DNA of 64,000 nucleotides, from positions 15,254-79,253 of the forward strand of contig NZ_JBIQOE010000218.1 of assembly GCF_047739415.1 (NCBI RefSeq). Reading direction: 5' to 3'. The stretch is from Mesobacillus sp. (GTDB lineage Bacteria > Bacillota > Bacilli > Bacillales > Cytobacillaceae). Position 1 is the stretch's first letter. The number at the start of each line of letters is the position of its first letter. Position numbers and translations under genes: made by a program. Under the pieces are notes generated by a model, which was not told the origin of the DNA, ran no database searches, and saw nothing but the letters and a program-made list of their open reading frames with translations. Positions 26,658-34,198 of the stretch are shown piece by piece.

Positions 26658-27348
26658 ATGTTTAAATTATATTTAGATCCTGGTCACAGGGGAGTGGACC
26701 CAGGAGCTATTGGCAATGGGATGCAGGAAAAAGAAATTACCTTAAATATTTCCCATAGCATTCGAAATCTCTCGGAAAACCATTATGAAGGCCTGCAAAT
26801 TAAAATGAGTAGAACAGCAGATATTACGCGCAGCTTAAAAGAACGTACAGATGATGCGAATGCTTGGGGTGCAGATTATTTTCTATCCATCCACGTTAAT
26901 GCATTTAACGGTTCAGCTCATGGGTATGAAGATTATATTCATAACAGTTTGTCTGATTCATCGAGAACAGCGTTCATTCGGGACATTAGAAATTGTCAAA
27001 GTAAATAACTTGCATAACCGTGGCAAAAAAAAGGCCAATTTCCATGTACTGCGAGAAACCAGAATGCCCGCTTTATTAACGGAGAACGGATTTATTGATC
27101 ATGCAAGCGATGCCCAAAAATTAAGAGACCCGAATTGGCGGCAAGCGGTTGTCCAAGGGCATGTTAATGGGTTAGCACGCGCGTTTAATTTGAAGAGAAA
27201 ATCGACTAATCTGAAAAGCAATATGGCTATTAAACGTGTAATTGTTGACGGTGTGCAAGTAGGTGCTTACGCAGAAGAAGAAAATGTGTTGAGAACTGTA
27301 CAACGCAACCTGAGAACAGCACAAAGGATTATTATTGAAAATGTGTAG
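26658..27348 (+). pseudogene. N-acetylmuramoyl-L-alanine amidase (Amidase_3 type), frameshifted
   Basis: The N-terminal part reads MFKLYLDPGHRGVDPGAIGNG...LSIHVNAF in one frame. The C-terminal part reads NRGKKKANFHVLRETRMPALLTENGFIDH in another. The switch is near 26960-26990. Confidence 0.7.
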
Positions 27349-27432
27349 TTTCGTTGGGATAACGGTTGCTTGACTGCAAGCACGTTAAAGTTTTATCAAA
27401 ATGGATAACTAGGCTGGATGAACAAAATATAC

Positions 27433-27468
27433 GCTAAGCCTTTGATGTGACGGGCTTAGCATTTTTTT
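27433..27468 (+). terminator. Intrinsic terminator after the amidase gene
   Basis: Stem gctaagcc / gggcttagc followed by T7. Confidence 0.7.
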
Positions 27469-27596
27469 CTTGCTCTAAGTTGGTCCGGCCGATATAAGCC
27501 AGGACTAGCTTAATATCAGATGAATAGAACGAAGTTGTTGAGGGAATTATAGCTCATGATGTTTCTATTTCCAATTGTTGGATTTGAGGTGAGTTT

Positions 27597-28670
27597 TTGC
27601 CTAAGATTACTCCTATTCAGTCATACATGATTATTATGCTTTCGGTTGGATTAATGAACCACGTGATTATTATCCCTTTACTACTCGAAGCATCAAAGCG
27701 AGATGCCTGGCTCGTAGTGCTTCTTGTTTTTGTCGCTTCACCTGTTTGGATTGGTTGCTTGAACTACATCATTCAAAACATGAACAATCAACACATGAAA
27801 AAGTGGCTAGATCAGCACTTTGGAAAGTTTTTATCTGCAATCTTAGTGATTATTTATAGTTTGTTATTATGGCTCATGGGCTTTATTTCCTTAAAAGATA
27901 CTCTAACATGGACAATCGCATCTTACTTGCCGCAAACACCGATACTAGTTCTTGCGGGAACCACACTTGTTGCATGCTTCTTTGCTGCTTTTCAAGGACT
28001 CCGTACAATTGCAATTGTGAGCGGAATATTGTTGCCATTTGTTGTTATTCTAGGTCATCTTGTGGCGATTGCCAATTTTCAGTTTAAAGATTATACCCTG
28101 CTTTTTCCTTTGTTAGAAAACGGGACAGCTCCATTATGGAAAGGTGTTCCTTACGTTGCCGGGGGATTGCTGGAGTTGTCTTTCTTGATGTTGCTGATTC
28201 AGCACAAATTAACAAAAAAACCAGGATTTAAAAGCTTGATGTTGATGTGCTTCATCCTTACAGGACTTACGTTAGGACCATTGATGGGATCGATTGCGAT
28301 ATTTGGCCCTGATGAAGCGGCTAACCAGAGATACCCAGCTTACGCTCAATGGAGAATCGTTAGACTGGGAGAATATGTGGAGCATGTCGATTTTTTTTCG
28401 ATTTACCAGTGGCTATCCGGTACATTCATTCGTGTGTCCCTTTCTATCTATCTCTTGGGAGAATTGTGGAATTTACAAAAACGCAGTTGGTTACCCGTGT
28501 TATTTGGCGCATTGGCCATGCTTGTTGCCATTTTGCTGCCGATGAGCGACATGGCTTTTCTAGACTTGTTAGGAAGGTTTTATTTTCCTTCATTTTGTAT
28601 CTTTACAGTAGGGACCTTGATCCTGTATGTTGGTCGAATGATCATCTCAAGAATTCGCCAAAAGGAGTGA
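27597..28670 (+). CDS. Spore germination protein, GerAB/GerKB-type permease subunit
   Basis: 357 aa, about 10 TM segments. Sits directly upstream of the GerA-family subunit. RBS GAGGTGAG with a TTG start. Confidence 0.75.
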   Translation: MPKITPIQSYMIIMLSVGLMNHVIIIPLLLEASKRDAWLVVLLVFVASPVWIGCLNYIIQNMNNQHMKKWLDQHFGKFLSAILVIIYSLLLWLMGFISLKDTLTWTIASYLPQTPILVLAGTTLVACFFAAFQGLRTIAIVSGILLPFVVILGHLVAIANFQFKDYTLLFPLLENGTAPLWKGVPYVAGGLLELSFLMLLIQHKLTKKPGFKSLMLMCFILTGLTLGPLMGSIAIFGPDEAANQRYPAYAQWRIVRLGEYVEHVDFFSIYQWLSGTFIRVSLSIYLLGELWNLQKRSWLPVLFGALAMLVAILLPMSDMAFLDLLGRFYFPSFCIFTVGTLILYVGRMIISRIRQKE

Positions 28671-28679
28671 CTAGCTAGG

Positions 28680-30221
28680 ATGAATAAACTATTCCGACGA
28701 ATGAAAAGAATATTTGGAAATCAGGGGGCAGAAAGCAAGAGGCCATCGCCTAATACAGAGGCAACAGTCTTGCAACCGCTTAATGAACAATCACTCATCC
28801 AACACTTTAAAATGTGTCAAGATGTTAAGCGCCATGTTTACAAATTAAACCCTGATGATGAACAATCGAGAATCCTATTGCTTTATTGTGAGGGGTTAAG
28901 TGACAACCAAACATTCATTCATGAAACTGTGCTTCCTCATTTGACCCGATTTTATGAAAACAATGGTTTTCACCATCAGGAGGAAATAGTCGAGTCGAGC
29001 CAACTACAATTAGAGTTCGTTACTCTTGAGGAGTGGGAGCAAACGGCCGAAACGGATATTTTTGAAGGCAAACTGCTTTTGTTTATTCCGACCCTACGTT
29101 CCTTGTTCTCCCTCGATATCTCAAAAAAACCGGCGCGAAATCCGGAAGAATCCAGTATTGAGGTCTCGGTACGGGGGCCAAAGGATGGATTTGTGGAAGA
29201 AGTGGGAGTCAATGTGGCGTTAATTCGGAAACGAATCAAATCAACCAGCATGGTTTATGAAACGAAAAAAGTAGGCGTTCGCACGAAAACAACCGTTGCA
29301 ATTCTTTACATGCGTGACATTGTTGATCCTAAGATTGTTCAAGATGTAAAGAATAAATTAGATGATCTTCACATTGACGGAGCGTTTAGCGCCACTCAGC
29401 TAGAAGAATTAATGGAACCGACAAAAGCATTGTTTCCTTTGATGGGGTATACAGGCAGACCAGACTTTACCGCTAACTGTATGCTAAATGGCCGTGTAGC
29501 GTTGATTGTGGATGGTACACCAGCTGCGTTGATTGCGCCTGCCAATTTATTTTTGCTTGTGAAAGCACCCGAAGATATCCACTTTACTGCTTTGTCAGCT
29601 ACATTTGGTCAAACGCTTCGTTTACTTGGTTTGTCCGTATCGCTACTGCTTCCTGCATTTTTTGTTGCCATTCTTTCCTATCATCAAGATCAGCTGCCCT
29701 ATTATCTGCTTGCCACTTTGGGGATTAACCGGTTGGGAATCCCTTTTGATTCGGCAACTGAAATGATTATTGTACTTATCTTTTTAGAAATCCTGCGGGA
29801 ATCTGGTATCCGATTGCCTACTGCGGTCGGCTCCACGATAACGGTTGTAGGCGGACTTATCCTCGGGGATGCGGCCATTCGTGCTGGATTCTTATCCCCA
29901 GGTACCGTTGTCATCGGAGCAATTACACACATCTTTGGTTCAACTTTATCGAGCCTATCATTGGCTGGAACAATTAGTATCTTACGCTTTTTTCATTTCA
30001 TTCTGTCTGCCATGCTTGGCATTTATGGCTTCTTCCTTGGAATATTTATTTTACTCAGCCATTTAGCCTCTTTGCGTTCATGCGGCTTGCCTTACTTAGC
30101 CCCAATATCACCTCCATTTAAAGACTTTTTCAACGCTTTGTTCCGATTACCTTGGCAATGGCGAAACACTCGACCGGACATGTTGAAGACACAAGATTCT
30201 ACAAGGAAGAGGGACAGGTAA
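28680..30221 (+). CDS. Spore germination protein, GerAA/GerKA-type subunit
   Basis: 513 aa. A soluble N-terminal domain plus a C-terminal membrane domain, with the typical SVRGPKDGFVEEVGVNVALIRKRIK box. Confidence 0.8.
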   Translation: MNKLFRRMKRIFGNQGAESKRPSPNTEATVLQPLNEQSLIQHFKMCQDVKRHVYKLNPDDEQSRILLLYCEGLSDNQTFIHETVLPHLTRFYENNGFHHQEEIVESSQLQLEFVTLEEWEQTAETDIFEGKLLLFIPTLRSLFSLDISKKPARNPEESSIEVSVRGPKDGFVEEVGVNVALIRKRIKSTSMVYETKKVGVRTKTTVAILYMRDIVDPKIVQDVKNKLDDLHIDGAFSATQLEELMEPTKALFPLMGYTGRPDFTANCMLNGRVALIVDGTPAALIAPANLFLLVKAPEDIHFTALSATFGQTLRLLGLSVSLLLPAFFVAILSYHQDQLPYYLLATLGINRLGIPFDSATEMIIVLIFLEILRESGIRLPTAVGSTITVVGGLILGDAAIRAGFLSPGTVVIGAITHIFGSTLSSLSLAGTISILRFFHFILSAMLGIYGFFLGIFILLSHLASLRSCGLPYLAPISPPFKDFFNALFRLPWQWRNTRPDMLKTQDSTRKRDR

Positions 30222-30223
30222 AA

Positions 30224-31387
30224 ATGAGGAGATATAAAAGTATCGTTGCATTTTTCCTTCTTCTCACCCTTACCGGTTGCTGGGGCAAAAATGAAGTGCA
30301 AAACACAAACTATGCTACGGCTGTTGGAATAGACTATGTAGATGGCCAATACACCTTATATGTGCAATTGCTTGATTTCTCGACAGTGGCCAAGCTGGAG
30401 GGACAGCAAAAAGCGGAGCAACCCCCAGTTTGGATTGGCAAAGGCGAAGGTTCCTCGTTTACGGAGGCGGCAAATGATATGTACAGTACATCACAACAGC
30501 GCTTATACTGGGGACAAGTCTCAGCCATCTTGTTCAGCGAGAGATTGATGAAGGAAAACAAAGTCGGAGAAGTGCTGGAATTGATCAACCGTTATCGTGA
30601 AATAAGGGAGTTGACCTGGGTGTTTAGCACGAGAGAGCCTCCTGAAGAAATCTTGCTGGCAACCCCATTTTTTAGATTATCGCCAAAGGCATCCATTCTT
30701 CACAATCCCGAGCAAAATTTCAGACAGCTTTCTATCCTTGCTCCGGTCCGCTTGCAACAATTTTTACTGGACTCAAACGAAAAGGCAAGAACCAGTTATA
30801 TACCGGAATTATCGCTTCGTAAAGGTCAATGGCAGGAAAGTCAAAAACCAAAAGAGCTGCTTAGATATTCAGGCGTACAAGTATATGATCTAAACAATTA
30901 TTATGGACGAATGGATCTTAAGGATTTGTCCGGATTGCCTTGGCTAAGTACTCACACGATCCGAGTACCTCTTGATTTATTTACCAAAGAGAAGCTTGCG
31001 GCTGTTCTTGTCATAGAAAAACCCAAATATGAAGTGACTCCTATTGTGAAATTGAACAAGGCGTATTTCGATATTTCAGTAAAAGTGAAGGCAGAAATCA
31101 ATGAATTGCATACGGACCTTACCGAAAAGGAACTCACACAAATGGCTCAGGAAAAAATAGAGGAACAAATTCGTAAAACGTATCAAACTGCTTTTAAAAA
31201 TGAAATAGATATTTACGATTTGGGCGAATCTTTGTATCGCAAACACCCACATCAATGGAAGAGCATTGCCACAGGAAAACAGCAACTCGTTTTAAACCAA
31301 GATTCCCTGCGTCATGTAAAGGTTGAGGTGAATATTGTTTACCCTGGAAGATATAAATTACATGAATATGGGGAATCCACCTCGTGA
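30224..31387 (+). CDS. Spore germination protein, Ger(x)C-type lipoprotein subunit
   Basis: ATG at 30224, 2 nt after the gerA-type stop. Lipobox LTLTGCWG. Typical NYATAVGIDY start of GerxC proteins. Confidence 0.8.
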   Translation: MRRYKSIVAFFLLLTLTGCWGKNEVQNTNYATAVGIDYVDGQYTLYVQLLDFSTVAKLEGQQKAEQPPVWIGKGEGSSFTEAANDMYSTSQQRLYWGQVSAILFSERLMKENKVGEVLELINRYREIRELTWVFSTREPPEEILLATPFFRLSPKASILHNPEQNFRQLSILAPVRLQQFLLDSNEKARTSYIPELSLRKGQWQESQKPKELLRYSGVQVYDLNNYYGRMDLKDLSGLPWLSTHTIRVPLDLFTKEKLAAVLVIEKPKYEVTPIVKLNKAYFDISVKVKAEINELHTDLTEKELTQMAQEKIEEQIRKTYQTAFKNEIDIYDLGESLYRKHPHQWKSIATGKQQLVLNQDSLRHVKVEVNIVYPGRYKLHEYGESTS

Positions 31388-31416
31388 TTCTGGTAAGGGA
31401 AATTATTGCCCTCACC

Positions 31417-31454
31417 CTGCTTCTTCTGCTTAGCGTTGAAGAAGCAGAGTTTTT
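31417..31454 (+). terminator. Intrinsic terminator after the ger operon
   Basis: Stem ctgcttcttc (31417-31426) / gaagaagcag (31438-31447), followed by agttttt. Confidence 0.7.
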
Positions 31455-31469
31455 GTATACAAAAAATAG

Positions 31470-31507
31470 TTTAACGTTGTAAATCCGCATTTTCCTGACG
31501 GAACCCC
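31470..31507. repeat. Right terminal inverted repeat of the Tn3-family element
   Basis: The reverse complement reads ggggttccgtcaggaaaatgcggatttacaacgttaaa, a 36/38 match to the left IR. Confidence 0.9.
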
Positions 31508-31512
31508 TATTA

Positions 31513-32265
31513 GAATTTGCTCAAGAAAATCGTGAATTTTTTACGTCTGCTTCCAAATGGAATGAATACGCTAAAGAATATAGCCTGCCAAGTGTAGGTT
31601 GTTATAAGCGGTACTTTGGCTCGTGGAATAATGCCAAAAAATTAATTGGTTCCCCCATCTCTAATCCAACAAAAATAGAGTATAAATATTCTGAAAACCA
31701 AATAATAGAGGCATTGCAACAAAATGAAGAAATTGCTGTGAAGTCTACTCTTTGGCAGGCATACGCACAAGAAAAGGGCCTTCCATCATTTGAAACAATC
31801 GTCGGAAGATTTGGTTCTTGGAAAGCTGCCTTGTTATCAGCAGGTTTATCAAGTGACAAAGGAATGCCAACTCCACATACACCTGACAAGATGTATTCGA
31901 AGGAAGAATTAATTACCATTGCAAAAAAGCATAAATCTTCCTTTGTAAACAAAACACAATGGGATGAATACTCTAAGCTTCATAAATTGCCCTGCAGTTC
32001 GACATACACTAAACACTTTGGTTCTTGGGGCCTATCTTTGAGAGCTGTTGGAATCAATCCAGTTATAGAGCGAACCAAGAAATACACAAAAAACGACCTG
32101 ATTAAACTTGCTGCTCAAAATCTAGATCTTTTATCAAGTTCCAAGCGTTGGAGAGGATGCGCTGCTTCAAGAAATCTTCCAACCTATAGAACCTATATTA
32201 TCTACTTTGGTTCTTGGAAAAATGTGCAAAAATCCGTTGAATTATATTTACGTAAAGCAAATTAA
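31513..32265 (+). pseudogene. 3' part of the transposon-split gene encoding homing-endonuclease-associated (HNH_repeat-like) repeats
   Basis: Open frame from 31513, in frame with 22012-22041. Repeats of the form W(N/D/Q)EYAK..LPS....(Y/H)FGSW are present. No nuclease domain was seen. Confidence 0.7.
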
Positions 32266-32321
32266 CCATTCAAAAACTTTACATCCCATTTTTCTGAGAG
32301 TAGAAATTTTTCCATTAAGTA

Positions 32322-32350
32322 TTGACCACATAGGAGGATTCCATTAATAT
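32322..32350 (+). promoter_or_regulatory. Candidate sigma-A promoter for the T4SS block
   Basis: TTGACC (32322-32327), a 17-nt spacer, then TAATAT (32345-32350). Confidence 0.45.
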
Positions 32351-32380
32351 AAAGACATACAAATTAATAGTAACGGGACG

Positions 32381-32442
32381 GCCCCGAGGAAACTGTATGA
32401 AACACTATTTATCGTGATTCATACAGTTCTTCGGGGCTTTTT
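32381..32442 (+). terminator. Long hairpin plus T-run in the leader of the T4SS operon (attenuator, or terminator of the upstream gene)
   Basis: gccccgaggaaactgtatgaa / ttcatacagttcttcggggc form a stem of about 20 bp with one bulge and a 15-nt loop, followed by ttttt. The first T4SS gene starts 27 nt further on. Confidence 0.6.
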
Positions 32443-32468
32443 GTGTTGCATTAAAAGGAGGTGAATAC

Positions 32469-32840
32469 ATGAAAAAGCTAAATTCTAAAAAAATCATTTC
32501 TTTCGTCACTATGGCGGCGGTTTTCGCATTTGTGTTTATGGTCTTCTCCCCAGAGGAAGCAGCTGCTGCTTGGAAAAAAGCCGGTATCACTCCTTCAGGG
32601 GATATCAAAAACAGCACTATTTATAAAGATTTAGACACGATTGTTTACCTAGTTATGGCTGTTGGTGGTTTCTGGGTACTGCTATGCTTACTGTTTGCCG
32701 GTATGAAACTAGCTGCTGCTCAAGGGAATCCTCAAGCAAGGACTCAAGGGTTTGTCGGTCTAGCGATGAGCGCACTCGGCTTATTTATTATTGTTAAGGC
32801 ATATGATATTGCAGGTTGGGTAGCAGGTTTCGGAAGCTAA
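32469..32840 (+). CDS. VirB2/TrbC-like small membrane protein (pilin-like topology)
   Basis: 123 aa. Signal peptide ending AAAAW, then two hydrophobic helices separated by AAQGNPQARTQG. RBS AAAGGAGGTG. First gene of the T4SS block. Confidence 0.5.
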   Translation: MKKLNSKKIISFVTMAAVFAFVFMVFSPEEAAAAWKKAGITPSGDIKNSTIYKDLDTIVYLVMAVGGFWVLLCLLFAGMKLAAAQGNPQARTQGFVGLAMSALGLFIIVKAYDIAGWVAGFGS

Positions 32841-32884
32841 TCCAATATCATCTTTTAAAAAGCTGAAAATTCCCCTTACATAAC

Positions 32885-32920
32885 ACCCCTCTAATTTAAT
32901 TTTTAGAGGGGTTATGTTTT
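32885..32920 (+). terminator. Hairpin after the pilin-like gene (partial terminator?)
   Basis: 10-bp stem acccctctaa (32885-32894) / ttagaggggt (32903-32912), followed by tatgtttt. Confidence 0.5.
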
Positions 32921-32945
32921 AAGGTTCGAAAAAGGAGTGGTTTTA

Positions 32946-33287
32946 ATGAGAAAAGTAACCGTGCCGATCGATATGGCCTCCGAGCAAAAAACCATTCTCG
33001 GCGTTCTTTCAAAACGACAAATGATTTACTTAATTGCCGGGGGATCCCTCCTCTACGCATACATTCCTGTCGTCTTCAATTTATTTCCCAATATTGTTTT
33101 AGGATTAATTTTCAGCTTTGTATCTGCTTTACCAACTCTAGGTGCCGTTCTGGTACTAGGGTTTATAAAAAAGAACAAATACCATTTGAATTATGATCAA
33201 TATCTATTAATCAAATTAGGATATAAAAATCAAATTGGCATTTGGAGAAAAGGGACTACACCCAAGGATTGGATGGTGAACAAATAA
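32946..33287 (+). CDS. PrgI-family (VirB3-like) T4SS membrane protein
   Basis: ATG at 32946 after AAGGAG. EQKTILGVLSKRQMIYLIAGG is followed by two TM segments, as in PrgI-type proteins. Confidence 0.55.
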   Translation: MRKVTVPIDMASEQKTILGVLSKRQMIYLIAGGSLLYAYIPVVFNLFPNIVLGLIFSFVSALPTLGAVLVLGFIKKNKYHLNYDQYLLIKLGYKNQIGIWRKGTTPKDWMVNK

Positions 33288-34198
33288 TGAAAGACCTTCT
33301 TATCATGGGAATTTTCGGTATCGCGTTATATGTGTTTTTTAAAGTAATGACAAAGGAACCGATTTTACCCTGGAAAGAAAAAGACACATCTAGTGATACG
33401 AATACGAACGTAAAGCGGAAAAGCAAGAAGAAAAAACATGAAGTTCAAATGGAACAAGAAGCCCAATTATTTGAAGATTTGTTTAAAGATGTAAAAGATA
33501 TATCTAACCATATGATTCGCTTCAACGATAACTCTTTCACCCTCATTGGTGAAGTTGAGCCGGTGAACTACTTCCTAAAAAGTCAAAGTGAACAAGAAGC
33601 GATTGACACAGTGTTCGAAAGCTGGCTTGCTTCACTGAATTATCATGTTGGGTTTTATCTTCAAAATAGATTCATTGATATTTCAGAACCTATTGAGAAT
33701 ATGACCAAAAGCATGAAAGATTCGGAGGACCTGAATGAAGCAGCTCTTAGTTTTGGTCAGTCAATGATTGAAGACCTGGTCAAGTGGCAAACCAGTTCTC
33801 CTAGATACGAAACAAAAAGATATCTGATTTTCACACATAAAGTAAATATTGGCGAAATTAATGCAGATTCAAAAGAAGAATTAGAAGAAAAAATAATCGA
33901 AAAGGCTTTTGCAGAATTAATGAGACGCTTAAACTCCGCAAAAGCTCAATTAAGGAAAGCGGAAATCAATGTAACACTTCTTCCTACCGAAGGTATTTAT
34001 GATTTGCTCTATCACACTTTCAATAGACGTAAAGCAGTGAAGCAACGATTTAAAGATATGGTGGAACAAGAAAAAAATTCACTCTATGTCACAGCTGATC
34101 AATCCGACGAAAGAATTGAAGCAGTCAAGGAGGCTATTGAAGAAAATGAAATTCAAGAAAACCGACAAGAAACAACCCAGCAAGAAAGAGCCAGCTAA
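33287..34198 (+). CDS. T4SS-associated membrane-anchored protein
   Basis: The ATG at 33287 overlaps the previous stop (TAATG). One N-terminal TM, then a domain (IRFNDNSFTLIGEVEPVNYFLKSQSEQEAIDTVFESWL) reminiscent of VirB4 N-terminal regions. Confidence 0.45.
   Translation: MKDLLIMGIFGIALYVFFKVMTKEPILPWKEKDTSSDTNTNVKRKSKKKKHEVQMEQEAQLFEDLFKDVKDISNHMIRFNDNSFTLIGEVEPVNYFLKSQSEQEAIDTVFESWLASLNYHVGFYLQNRFIDISEPIENMTKSMKDSEDLNEAALSFGQSMIEDLVKWQTSSPRYETKRYLIFTHKVNIGEINADSKEELEEKIIEKAFAELMRRLNSAKAQLRKAEINVTLLPTEGIYDLLYHTFNRRKAVKQRFKDMVEQEKNSLYVTADQSDERIEAVKEAIEENEIQENRQETTQQERAS

Larger units (their letters stand above)
22042..31507. mobile_element. Tn1546-like Tn3-family transposon (9,466 bp) carrying a ger operon
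   Basis: Terminal 38-bp inverted repeats match 36/38. A 5-bp direct duplication TATTA lies at 22037-22041 and 31508-31512. The element has a divergent tnpA / res / tnpR core. Confidence 0.9.

Noticed and set aside
27597-31387. ger operon taken as evidence that the window is chromosomal
   Set aside because: The operon lies entirely inside the Tn3-family IRs and target duplication, so it is transposon cargo. The flanking genes are plasmid or conjugation functions.
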